Assembly: GCA_001914535.1 (NCBI GenBank)
Contig: MNCR01000052.1
Coordinates: forward strand, 3,791-67,790
DNA: 64,000 bases
Source of the DNA: Candidatus Rokubacteria bacterium 13_2_20CM_69_15_1
GTDB taxonomy: Bacteria; Methylomirabilota; Methylomirabilia; Rokubacteriales; CSP1-6
Direction of reading: 5' to 3'
Shown here: piece by piece, positions 55,406-64,000 of the stretch
Numbering within the stretch: position 1 is the stretch's first letter
Layout: every line of letters begins with the position of its first letter
Program-made: the position numbers and the translations under genes
The notes under the pieces: generated by a model
What the model was told of the DNA's origin: nothing
Database searches by the model: none
The model's input: the letters and a program-made list of their open reading frames with translations, nothing else

Positions 55406-56281
55406 TTACGCGAGCTGCGTGTGGACGAACTCGATGATCTTCTCGATCGCCCGGCCCGCGGCCGGCGAGCCCGGGTTCCGCGTAATAAAGCCCTCGGCTT
55501 CGCCCTCGAACAGCTCCAGCTCGACCTGGCCCCCCGCCTTGCGGTAATGCGTGACGAAGCGGTCGAGGTCCGGGCGCGGATGCGCGACGTCGCGGGTGCC
55601 CTGCAGGTAGAGCACGGCCGGCAGCTCAACCCGCTCGCCGCGCTCGAGTGCCTGCACCGGGTTGCCCTCGGCCATCGCCGCTTCGGTCTGCCAGTATTGA
55701 TCGTGGCACGGCAGCACCCGGTCCACGACCTCCGGGTACGGTTTGCCCCCCGCCTTCAGCTTCTTGGCATAGCGGTAGCGCGCCAGCGGATCGATGACGG
55801 GCCAGCACATGACGACGCAGCGCACGCTGGCGTCAACGGCCGCCGCGGAGGCGTGGAGCGGCACCGCGGCGTAGCGTGGATCGCGCGGTCTCATCGCCGC
55901 GAGCATGGCCTGGTGGGCCCCGCTGGAGCTCCCCAGGATGCCCACGAGGTCGGGACGGCTACCGAATTCACCGGCCCGCGCCTTGAGCCAGCGGATCGCA
56001 TAGTTGATGTCGGCCAGCGACGCGGGGTATGCCGCCTCGGGCGGCATACGGAAATCCAGCGCCGCGACCACGACACCGCTCTTCGCCAACGGTTCGTTGA
56101 TGACGGTGTCGTTCGAGCGGTCCCCCCGGCACCAGGCGCCGCCGTGCGCTTCGACGACGAGCGGGAACGGCCCGCTGCCTCGCGGCCTGAACAGGCGCGC
56201 CAGCAGCGGCTTGTCGCCGTGGTGGACGTATTCGACGTCGGCCACGTCGATGTCGTGAGTCCGGGATGCGTTGGCGGTCAT
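55406..56281 (-). CDS. Alpha/beta-hydrolase fold-3 esterase/lipase
   Basis: ATG at 56281 after AAGGAGAG. HGGAW oxyanion motif. GxSxG nucleophile (GSSSGAH). Confidence 0.8.
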   Translation of the reverse strand: MTANASRTHDIDVADVEYVHHGDKPLLARLFRPRGSGPFPLVVEAHGGAWCRGDRSNDTVINEPLAKSGVVVAALDFRMPPEAAYPASLADINYAIRWLKARAGEFGSRPDLVGILGSSSGAHQAMLAAMRPRDPRYAAVPLHASAAAVDASVRCVVMCWPVIDPLARYRYAKKLKAGGKPYPEVVDRVLPCHDQYWQTEAAMAEGNPVQALERGERVELPAVLYLQGTRDVAHPRPDLDRFVTHYRKAGGQVELELFEGEAEGFITRNPGSPAAGRAIEKIIEFVHTQLA

Positions 56282-56581
56282 GAGTCTCTCCTTCTGGGGA
56301 AACCCCACGGGCCATGGATAGCGCCCCGCGGGCCGCCGGTCAAGACGAAACCCCAGACGAAACGCGCCCGGACGACCCGCGTCAGTCGGCTCATCCCAAC
56401 CGTCCGGACAGGTGCTAAGCTACCGCGGTGATGCGCCGGTCATCGCGTGGGAGTTCTCTTTCGCCCGTCTGCCCAGGTCACGGTCGACCGAGTACGATTC
56501 GCGCCGCAGAAGGAGACCAATGAAGCAGCGCGTTCGCGCATCCACGGCGCGCTCGTGAAGTAGCTCCCGGGAGGCTCTCGG

Positions 56582-58339
56582 GTGGCGACGGCACCGCGGT
56601 ACGGCTCCGACCTCGTCGTGGACCTCCTGCGCGCCGTCGGTGTCGAGCACGTTGCCCTGAACCCCGGCGCGACCTTCCGCGGGCTCCACGACTCGCTCGT
56701 GAACTACGGCGGCGGCCGGGCGCCCGAGCTCGTCCTCACCACCCACGAAGAAATCGCGGTCGCGCTCGCGCACGGATACGCCAAGGCGAAGGGCGCGCCG
56801 ATGGCCGCGGTCGTGCACGACATCGTCGGCCTTCAGCACGCCAGCATGGCGATCTTCAACGCCTTCTGCGACCGCGCTCCGATCCTGGTGCTCGGCGCCA
56901 CCGGCCCCATGGACGCCACGAGGCGCCGGCCGTGGATCGACTGGATCCACACGGCTCTCGTGCAGGGCACGCAGGTCCGCGACTACGTCAAGCTGGACGA
57001 CCAGCCGGCGAGCGTCGGCGCCCTGCCGGAAGCCTTTCTGCGCGCTTGGCGCCTCGCGCGCACGGAGCCGCAGGGCCCCGTCTATCTGTGCCTCGACGCC
57101 GCGCTCCAGGAAGAGCCGCTGGAGCGCCCCGTCCCGCTGCCCGACGTCACGCGGTTCCGGCCGGCGGCGCCGCCGTGTGCCGAGCCGCGCGCGATCGACG
57201 AGGCCGCTCGCCGCCTTGCCGAGGCGCGCTTCCCGCTGATCGTCGTGGAGTCGCTCGGCCGGTGCCCCGAGGCGACGGAGACGCTCTGCCGCCTTGCCGA
57301 GCGGCTCACGGCGCCGCTCGTGGACCTCGCCGGCGAGTCTCAGGGACGGCCGAGCGTTCCCGGCGGCCACCCGCTCGACATGAGCGGCGCGCGCCACGAG
57401 GTCGTGGGTGAGGCAGACGTCGTCCTCGCCCTCGACGTCTCAAGCTTCCTCAGCGCGCTCGGCGACACCGACCGGAGCACGCGCGAGACGCGTCTGCTGA
57501 ACGAAAGCGCCCGGGTGATCTCGATCTCTCTCGACGACTACGCGGTCCGGAGCTGGGCGCAGACGTTCCAGTCGCTCGCCCCGGTGGACCTCCCGATCGC
57601 GGCCGACGCCGCGCTGGCGCTGCCCGCGCTGCTCGCCGCCGTCGAGGATCGCCTCGCGCGCGACCCTCGCTCGGCTCCGCGCCGGGCGCGGGCCAAGCGC
57701 CTGGCCGCTCGCCACGCCGCCCTCCGCGCCGAGTGGCGAGCCGCGGTGAGCCTCGAGCGATCGGCGCGGCCGCTCGCGCCCTCGGTGCTCGCCGCCGAGG
57801 TGTGGGAGGTCATCAAGGGCGAGGACTGGGTGCTCGCCAACGGCACCGGCAAGGGCTGGGCGCGCCGGCTCTGGGAATGGCGACCCGAGCGAACCTACGG
57901 CGGCAGTGGCGGCGCCGGTCTCGGCTACGGCCTGCCCGCCGCGCTGGGCGTGACGCTCGCGCACCGCGGGTCGGGGAAGCTCTGCGTCAACCTCCAGGCC
58001 GACGGCGACCTGCTCTACGTCATCGGCGGTCTCTACACCGCCGCGCACCACCGGCTGCCGCTCCTCACGGTCATGTTCAACAATCGCTCCTACGGCAACG
58101 ACGAGGAGCACCAGGAGGCGATCGCCAAGGCGCGCGGCCGGCCGGCGGAGAACAAAGTCGTCGGGATCCGTATCGACGACCCGGCGCCGGACTTCGCACG
58201 GATCGCGCAAGGGTTCGGCATCCACGCCGAGGGGCCGATCGACACGGCGGACGCCGTCGGGCCGGCCCTGCAACGGGCGGTCCGCGTCGTCAAGGACGAG
58301 GGCCGGCCCGCACTCGTCGACGTGATCACCCGGGCGTGA
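56582..58339 (+). CDS. Thiamine-pyrophosphate-dependent enzyme (ALS/benzoylformate-decarboxylase-like)
   Basis: TPP_enzyme N, M and C regions. TPP-binding GDGD-like motif (LQADGDLLYVIGG). Confidence 0.8.
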   Translation: MATAPRYGSDLVVDLLRAVGVEHVALNPGATFRGLHDSLVNYGGGRAPELVLTTHEEIAVALAHGYAKAKGAPMAAVVHDIVGLQHASMAIFNAFCDRAPILVLGATGPMDATRRRPWIDWIHTALVQGTQVRDYVKLDDQPASVGALPEAFLRAWRLARTEPQGPVYLCLDAALQEEPLERPVPLPDVTRFRPAAPPCAEPRAIDEAARRLAEARFPLIVVESLGRCPEATETLCRLAERLTAPLVDLAGESQGRPSVPGGHPLDMSGARHEVVGEADVVLALDVSSFLSALGDTDRSTRETRLLNESARVISISLDDYAVRSWAQTFQSLAPVDLPIAADAALALPALLAAVEDRLARDPRSAPRRARAKRLAARHAALRAEWRAAVSLERSARPLAPSVLAAEVWEVIKGEDWVLANGTGKGWARRLWEWRPERTYGGSGGAGLGYGLPAALGVTLAHRGSGKLCVNLQADGDLLYVIGGLYTAAHHRLPLLTVMFNNRSYGNDEEHQEAIAKARGRPAENKVVGIRIDDPAPDFARIAQGFGIHAEGPIDTADAVGPALQRAVRVVKDEGRPALVDVITRA

Positions 58340-58356
58340 GGAAGGGAGAAGCGCCG

Positions 58357-59550
58357 ATGGCACGCGCAGGATATCGAATCTTCGACGCGGACACCCACAT
58401 CATCGAGCCCGCCGAGCCCATCGAGGAGTATCTCTCGGCCGCCGATCACGCGAAGCTGGCGGCGCTGGGGCCCCTTGTCGAGCGCTCCCCGGCGAAAGCG
58501 GGCATGTCCCGATATCGGGTGGGCAAGCGCCCCGCGCTGAATCGTCGCCTCGGCTCTCGGGAGCGAGTCGATCCTCCTGCCGCGGTGACCCGCGGCCTGA
58601 AGGACGGCGGCACCCCCTGGGACGTCCGCTGGCAAGGCCCGCCGTTCCCGAGTGACCGCGTCAGCTTCGATCCGCATGCGCGGGTGAAAGATATGGACGT
58701 CGAGGGCGTCGACGTCAACATGATCCTGCCATCCGGCGGGGTGCCGGCGTTTTGCAGCCTGGACGATGTCGAGCTGGAGCTAGCGATGTATCAGGCTTAT
58801 CACCGATTCCTCAAAGACTACTGCGCGCCCTATCCGGATCGGCTGACCAGCGTCATCCTGGTCTCGGGCCGTGACGCCGGCGGTTCGGTCGCCGAGATCC
58901 GCCGCTGCGGCAGGGAGGCGTGGCCCGTCGGGATTTTTCCCATCTGCCCGCCCAAGATGTCTCTGGACGATCCCGATTGGGAGCCGGTCTGGGCGGCGGC
59001 GCAGGAGTACGACCTGACGGTCATCATCCATTCCTTCACCATGACGGTGCCCTATCCCCCCGGCATGTGGGACACGTGGGACAACGTCTTTTTGCAGCGC
59101 GCCGCGGGCCACGTGTGGAACGCGCAGCGTAACATGGCGGCGCTCATCGGCGCCGCGGTGCTGGACCGTTACCCCGAGTTACGCCTGGCACCGCTCGAGT
59201 GCGGGCATGGCTGGCTCGCGTCCTGGGGCGCGCGCCTCGACGAGCTCGCCCAGATGTGTGCGCACACCCTCCCGCCGCTCGCGCAGAAGCCGAGCGACTA
59301 TCTCCGCGGGCCGCAGTACTTCCAGAGCATTCAGCTCCACGAGGGCGAGCAGTCTGTGCGCCACGCCATCGAGGCCCTGGGCGAAGACACCCTGATGTTC
59401 GCGACGGACTACCCGCACTCGGAAAGCTGGTTCCCGAAGTCCGTGGAGGTGGTCCTGGGCTGGACCTCGCTATCCGAGACCGCCAGACGGAAGCTCCTGT
59501 GGGACAATGCCGCGCGGTGCTATCGCCGCTATCAGGAGGCAGCGCCATGA
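58357..59550 (+). CDS. Amidohydrolase-2 (ACMSD-like) family metal-dependent hydrolase
   Basis: ATG after GGAAGGGAG. FDADTHIIEP N-terminal metal ligand. C-terminal FATDYPHSE. Confidence 0.8.
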   Translation: MARAGYRIFDADTHIIEPAEPIEEYLSAADHAKLAALGPLVERSPAKAGMSRYRVGKRPALNRRLGSRERVDPPAAVTRGLKDGGTPWDVRWQGPPFPSDRVSFDPHARVKDMDVEGVDVNMILPSGGVPAFCSLDDVELELAMYQAYHRFLKDYCAPYPDRLTSVILVSGRDAGGSVAEIRRCGREAWPVGIFPICPPKMSLDDPDWEPVWAAAQEYDLTVIIHSFTMTVPYPPGMWDTWDNVFLQRAAGHVWNAQRNMAALIGAAVLDRYPELRLAPLECGHGWLASWGARLDELAQMCAHTLPPLAQKPSDYLRGPQYFQSIQLHEGEQSVRHAIEALGEDTLMFATDYPHSESWFPKSVEVVLGWTSLSETARRKLLWDNAARCYRRYQEAAP

Positions 59551-60437
59551 AATTCGGAGTCGTCCTGCCCATCTGGCGTTTGTCGGTCGCCGACGCGGAA
59601 ACGATGGCGGTCAAGGCGGAAGAGGTCGGCCTCGATGGGGTCTTCGTGCCCGACCATATTCTGGCCCCGTCTGCGACGACGCAGCACTACGGACCTTCGT
59701 GGCCCGATCCCTTCTCGCTGCTCGCGTACCTGGCGGCCCGCACGCGGCGCATTCACGTCGGCGCCAGCGTCATCGTGCTTCCCTACCGTAACGCGCTGGT
59801 CACCGCCAAGGCGGCCGCCACGGTGGACCAGGTGTCGGGCGGACGCTTCATCTTCGGGGTGGGCGTGGGGTGGGACGAGGAAGAGTTCCGCGATCTCGGG
59901 CTGCCGTTCCGCCAGCGCGGGAGAATGGCCGACGAGTACATCCGCATCATCAAGGCGGCCTGGACGAGCGACGTGCCGAGCTTCAAGGGGGAGTACCTGA
60001 GCTTCGCCGGGGCGACCTTCGCGCCGCGCCCGGTGCAGAAGCCGCATCCGCCGATCTGGGTCGGAGGAGCGCCGGGCGTGATCTCCGGGCCCGCCGGGCG
60101 GCGGGCCGCGCACCTGGGTGACGCGTGGCATCCGCTCGGGCTCCATCTCGACGAGATCGCGAAGGGGATCGCGTCGATCCGTGACACGGCGGCCAAGGCG
60201 GGGCGCCGGGACGGACCGAAGCTCGCGCCGCGGAACCTGCTCACCTTCACGCCGAGCGCCAAGGGAAGCGGCCGGGCGTCGTTCGAGGGCTCCCCCGACG
60301 AAGTGGCCGCCGATATCCGCCGGGCCCGCTCGCTGGGTGCCGACTACCTCACCTTCGACATGCCGAAGCTCGACGTGCCCGGCATGGTGCGGACCATGGA
60401 GCGCTTCGTGAAGGAGGTCAAACCGGCTGCCACGTAG
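59547..60437 (+). CDS. LLM-class F420-dependent oxidoreductase
   Basis: ATGA-coupled to the preceding gene. MKFGVVLPIW...GLDGVFVPDH signature. Confidence 0.8.
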   Translation: MKFGVVLPIWRLSVADAETMAVKAEEVGLDGVFVPDHILAPSATTQHYGPSWPDPFSLLAYLAARTRRIHVGASVIVLPYRNALVTAKAAATVDQVSGGRFIFGVGVGWDEEEFRDLGLPFRQRGRMADEYIRIIKAAWTSDVPSFKGEYLSFAGATFAPRPVQKPHPPIWVGGAPGVISGPAGRRAAHLGDAWHPLGLHLDEIAKGIASIRDTAAKAGRRDGPKLAPRNLLTFTPSAKGSGRASFEGSPDEVAADIRRARSLGADYLTFDMPKLDVPGMVRTMERFVKEVKPAAT

Positions 60438-60551
60438 ATGTGCGGATCGTCGTCGAGGGTACGGTAGGATAGAAGGCACCGCGCACGCTCTCGTCGCGCC
60501 CGGGCCCGGCCGGATCGCCGGACGTCACGCTCCAGGGACCGGAGGTGCCGC

Positions 60552-61082
60552 TTGGCCAGACCAGACGAGGACCGCGATCCCGCCCGCGAAGAAGAGGCGG
60601 CGCTGGTCGATGATCTCGTCAGGCAGTTGCGGCGCGCCGGCCCGGTAGCGGGGTCGGGGCCGGCAAAGTCGGGTGCCGCCCACTTCGATCGGCCCGACGT
60701 CGGCTCGAAGCCCCTGACGTACTCGGCGCCAGCGGCCATGGGAAAGGTCGGCATCTGGACCCTGGTCGGACTCGGCGCCCTCCTCGGGACCGCGCTTACC
60801 CAATGGCCGTACGGGCGCGCCTGCGGATGGCCACTCGGCTTCTATCTGATCGCGGTCGCCACCCTCGTCGTCACCGGCATGTGGGGCGCCCTGGCCTCGT
60901 GGCGGGGTCGGCTGGGGCTCGCCCATATCGTCGCACTGGGCACGATCCTCTGGGGCCTCACCGTCTCGTCGCAGGAGGTCCTGCCGCGCGTCGGCTACGC
61001 GAAAACTCCGGCCGTGTGGAGCTGCGCCGAGGGTCGCGCGACGACGCCGGGCTCGCCTCCACCCGCAAAACGCGGCCCCTGA
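60552..61082 (+). CDS. Hypothetical membrane protein (about 3 TM)
   Basis: Hydrophobic helices in the C-terminal two-thirds. Start uncertain. Confidence 0.3.
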   Translation: MARPDEDRDPAREEEAALVDDLVRQLRRAGPVAGSGPAKSGAAHFDRPDVGSKPLTYSAPAAMGKVGIWTLVGLGALLGTALTQWPYGRACGWPLGFYLIAVATLVVTGMWGALASWRGRLGLAHIVALGTILWGLTVSSQEVLPRVGYAKTPAVWSCAEGRATTPGSPPPAKRGP

Positions 61083-61119
61083 CAACCACGGGTTCCTCCG
61101 GGGCGCCACCCGACCCGCG

Positions 61120-61860
61120 TCACCCTTCGTGGAGATCGAGCAGCAGGGCGGCGTGATCGCTCAGCGTGTGAGCCGGCCGGCGAGCCCGTCTCCCCCAGTC
61201 ATAGCGGACGTCTCGGAGGCGAGGCTGCAGCTCGTGATTGACGAAGGCCTGGTCGATCCGAAAGCCATTCCCGCGGTTTGGCGAGTACCACGTGTAGGCG
61301 CGCGCCAGGCCACGCAGCAGCCGGAACGCGTCGCGCCATCCTGATCGCTCGAGGGCTTCGAGCCAGGCCTCCTCTCTGGGTCCGAACACGCGGGTCTCCT
61401 CGTCGATGCCCTGGCGACCCGAGTTCGTATCGCCCAGAAGCAGCGCCGGACCGCGGCGCCACCGGCTGACCGCCGTCAGCACCGCCGCGTAAAACCTGTC
61501 CTTCCTGCCAGTGACGCGGTTCGGGACGTGCATGGCGCCCAGCGTCAGCGGGCGCGGGCTGTCGAGATGGGCGACGAGCCATCGGCCCGGCTCATCCGGC
61601 TCGACGCGGAAGCGCAGTCGGCGCAGCGGCCAGCGCGCCGCGATGAGCAGGCGATTTGCACTCGGCTCCACCGGGTCGGCCGTCGTGCATTGATGAACGA
61701 GACCGAAGGAGGCAAGCGAGCCGGCCAGTTCGAGGCTCGGCGGTGTCGCGCGGAATTCGCAGAGGGCGACGGCATCCGGGGCCCAGCCCTCGAGCTGGCG
61801 GGCGATTCGCCCGACGCGCTTGCCGCCTCCGGCGCGGATGTTCCAGAAGACGACTCGCAT
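61120..61860 (-). CDS. Endonuclease/exonuclease/phosphatase (EEP) family protein
   Basis: ATG at 61860, MRVVFWNIRAGG. C-terminal SDHAALLLDL. Confidence 0.8.
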   Translation of the reverse strand: MRVVFWNIRAGGGKRVGRIARQLEGWAPDAVALCEFRATPPSLELAGSLASFGLVHQCTTADPVEPSANRLLIAARWPLRRLRFRVEPDEPGRWLVAHLDSPRPLTLGAMHVPNRVTGRKDRFYAAVLTAVSRWRRGPALLLGDTNSGRQGIDEETRVFGPREEAWLEALERSGWRDAFRLLRGLARAYTWYSPNRGNGFRIDQAFVNHELQPRLRDVRYDWGRRARRPAHTLSDHAALLLDLHEG

Positions 61861-61874
61861 GGCGGGCCTCGCGT

Positions 61875-62360
61875 CTACCGCGCGCGCAGCGATGTCTCCA
61901 GCAGGGCGAGCGCCGCCTTCGCGAACGCCCACATGTTCTTTTCCCGGTCGCCGTGCCGCGTCTCCAGCGTCACGGCCCGCTCGACCGGTCCCGCGACCGC
62001 GAGGCACGCGTGGCCCGCCCGGTCGCCGTAGCGGTTGCCCGTCGGCCCGGCGGCGCCCGTCTCCGCCAGTCCCCATGTCGCCCCCAGGAGCTCGCGGATC
62101 GTCTGTGCCTTGAGGAGCGCGTACGCCTCGGTGCTCGACCGGATGGACGTGACCGACTCGTCCTCCACCCGCAGCAACGCCCGCCGCGCCGCCCGCGTGT
62201 AGATCACCCCGCCGCCCAGGAAGTACGCGGACGCGCCGGGCACGGCGAGCAGCGCCGCCGAGATCAATCCACCCGCGGACGATTCCGCGACGGCGATCGT
62301 CTCCTTCCGCTCCTTCAAGAGCGTCCCGAGCGATGCGGCCAGCGTCGTCAGCTCGCTCAT
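61875..62360 (-). CDS. CinA C-terminal-domain nicotinamide-nucleotide amidohydrolase-like protein
   Basis: IAVAESSAGGLISAALLAVPGASAYFLGGGVIY CinA signature. Confidence 0.8.
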   Translation of the reverse strand: MSELTTLAASLGTLLKERKETIAVAESSAGGLISAALLAVPGASAYFLGGGVIYTRAARRALLRVEDESVTSIRSSTEAYALLKAQTIRELLGATWGLAETGAAGPTGNRYGDRAGHACLAVAGPVERAVTLETRHGDREKNMWAFAKAALALLETSLRAR

Positions 62361-63325
62361 GGTTTCGGCAACCAGGGGGCGAGTATACTCCCGATACCGT
62401 GACCGTCGGCCGCCGCCTCCGGGTCGTCGAGCCCTTCCGCTCGCTCTTCTACGCGCCCCAGTTCGTCGCGATTCACGGCGGCCATCTCGGCGCGGAGGGC
62501 CTCGAGATCGCACTCTCGACGGCCGCGAGGGCGGGCGGCACGGTGGAGGCGCTGCGGAACGGCAGCGCGGATCTCGCGCTCGGGGGTCTCATGCGGAGCT
62601 TCGAGCTGGTCGATCGTGGAGGCCCGCGCCTCGTCCACTTCGCCGCGGTGAACGATCGCAACGGGTTCTTCCTCCTGAGCCGGCATCCGCGGCCGCGCTT
62701 CGCATGGCCCGAGCTTCTCGGCCGGACGGTGATCTCGTTCGGCGGCGCGCCGACGCCGTGGCTCTGCATGCAGGCGGTCCTCCGCCGCCACGGCGTCGAT
62801 CCCGCGCGGGTCACGTTCGTCCGCGATCTCTCGACGGCCGACGCGATCGCCGCCTTCCGCGCCGGCAAGGCGGACTTCCTCGAGCACGGCCCGCCGATCG
62901 TGGACGAACTCGTCGCCGACGGCACGGGGCACCTCGTCGCGTCGATGGGGGAGGCCACGGGGCCGGTGCCGTTCAGCTCCTTCATGGCGACGCCCGAGAC
63001 GCTCGCGCGGGAGCGCGACGTCATCGTTCGCTTCGTGCGCGGGCTCGCGCGGGCGCAACGCTGGATGGCGGCCGCCACGGCGGCGGAGATCGCGGCCGTG
63101 CTGGCCCCCGCGTTCGCCGACATCGACGCCGGGATCCGCGTGCGGGCGGTCGAGCGCTATCGCCTCCAGTCCACCTGGGTGGCGGAGCCGGTGCTGACGC
63201 GGGCGGGGTTCGAGGCGCTGCAGGAGATCCTCCTGGGCGGCGGATTCATCACGCGGCGCCACCGCTTCGAGGACCTGGTCGACACGGAGCTGGCGTCGCA
63301 CGCGATCGGCACGCTGACGGGGTAG
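62333..63325 (+). CDS. NMT1/THI5-like (ABC-type nitrate/sulfonate/bicarbonate SBP-like) domain protein, no signal peptide
   Basis: SBP-like fold motifs. Overlaps the CinA start by 28 nt. Confidence 0.5.
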   Translation: MRPASSARSWFRQPGGEYTPDTVTVGRRLRVVEPFRSLFYAPQFVAIHGGHLGAEGLEIALSTAARAGGTVEALRNGSADLALGGLMRSFELVDRGGPRLVHFAAVNDRNGFFLLSRHPRPRFAWPELLGRTVISFGGAPTPWLCMQAVLRRHGVDPARVTFVRDLSTADAIAAFRAGKADFLEHGPPIVDELVADGTGHLVASMGEATGPVPFSSFMATPETLARERDVIVRFVRGLARAQRWMAAATAAEIAAVLAPAFADIDAGIRVRAVERYRLQSTWVAEPVLTRAGFEALQEILLGGGFITRRHRFEDLVDTELASHAIGTLTG

Positions 63326-63335
63326 ACCGCGTCGA

Positions 63336-63803
63336 TCACGCGCCCTTCAGCGATCGGATCAGGTCGAGGACGCGGAGAATCTCGCTGCCGCTCCGGACCA
63401 TGTGACGGTCGCCGGCCTGGCCCCAGCGCAGGAGCCCGTCACGATCGACGACGAACGTCGAGCGATAGGCCACGTTCCGCTCCGCGTCCCACGCCTCGTA
63501 CGCGCGCATCACCGTCCGATGCACGTCGCTGAGGAGCAAGAACGGAAAGCGGTGCCGCCGATGGAATTCCGCCTGCGAGAAGGGGCTGTCACCGCTGATC
63601 GCGAGGACGACGGCCTCGCGTTCTCCGAGGTGAGCGGCGACCCCCCCGAGGTCGCTCAGCTCCGGTGTTCAGATACCGCCCCAGTCGTAGCAGTAGAAGA
63701 GCAGCACGACCTCGGCCTTGCCCTGGAAGTCCGCGAGCGAGACGGGGCGGCCGCTCGTCGACGGCAGGGAGAACGCCGGCGCCGGGTGGCCGTAGCGGAT
63801 CAC
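63336..63803 (-). CDS. Bcp/PrxQ-like peroxiredoxin with in-frame TGA (63670-63672) at the peroxidatic-Cys position (candidate selenoprotein)
   Basis: The continuous frame VIRYGHPAPAFSLPS...VVLLFYCYDWGGI-[TGA]-TPELSDLGG... aligns with the Bcp motif FYPKDDTPGCTKE. A hairpin starts 11 nt downstream of the UGA. Confidence 0.5.
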
Positions 63804-63810
63804 GGGGTCT

Positions 63811-64000
63811 TCACCGACGCGAGGCGGCCTTCGCGATATAGCCGTAGCGGAGGTTCGAGCGCGCCGCGCCCGCCCGCTCGTACTCCGTCTTCATCGCCGC
63901 GATGCGATCTCCCGCGAGAGCCGCGCGCCGCTCGTACTTGTACAGGCGCGCGTTGGTCTCGCCGAAGATCGCGTTCTTGAGGGGGCCGTCGGCCGGCCCG
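63811..64000 (-). CDS. 3' end of an amidohydrolase-like gene (partial; start beyond window)
   Basis: C-terminal ...NAIFGETNARLYKYE... resembles amidohydrolase-2 C-termini. The stop lies just upstream of the peroxiredoxin start. Confidence 0.35.
   Translation of the reverse strand, partial: GPADGPLKNAIFGETNARLYKYERRAALAGDRIAAMKTEYERAGAARSNLRYGYIAKAASRR

Overview
This is a high-GC (~70%) chromosomal segment from a Gram-negative-type bacterium. Supporting features are Tat and Sec signal peptides, an OmpA/MotB-like protein, a TctC-type binding protein, two F420/LLM-class oxidoreductases and a CocE/NonD hydrolase. The lineage cannot be named from the sequence; it is compatible with uncultivated high-GC soil taxa. 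Gene density is high. Most long ORFs in the six-frame track are high-GC shadow frames of the real genes. The content is mainly accessory metabolism (amidohydrolases, TPP enzymes, SDR, AKR, hydrolases) plus several regulatory modules. Six regions stand out. (1) An ECF sigma/anti-sigma/Spy-CpxP-like triad sits next to a compact cryptic biosynthetic cluster: ACP, HxxxD acyltransferase, FAD oxidoreductase, adenylating ligase, flavin-dependent halogenase with the WxWxIP motif, and a SAM methyltransferase. (2) A periplasmic operon encodes a Tat-Rieske protein, a PQQ alcohol dehydrogenase and a two-subunit Tat-exported molybdenum hydroxylase, followed by a CaiB CoA-transferase. (3) A membrane-anchored CHASE2 sigma-54 activator lies upstream of a palindromic UAS, a GG-N10-GC promoter and an OmpA-like gene. 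(4) An ABC-transporter remnant with a 5'-truncated permease abuts a low-GC junction that carries TTCCGGAA direct repeats. The junction precedes an operon of a hybrid histidine kinase, an excisionase-HTH response regulator and an unknown Cys-containing secreted protein. (5) One IS element (DDE/rve transposase) has multiple subterminal GGTTACC repeats and a 35-bp tandem repeat at one end. (6) A Bcp-like peroxiredoxin gene at the 3' edge has TGA in place of its peroxidatic Cys codon, followed by a SECIS-like hairpin (candidate selenoprotein). No rRNA, tRNA or CRISPR arrays were seen. Coordinates derived by counting along the printed sequence may be off by 1-2 nt.
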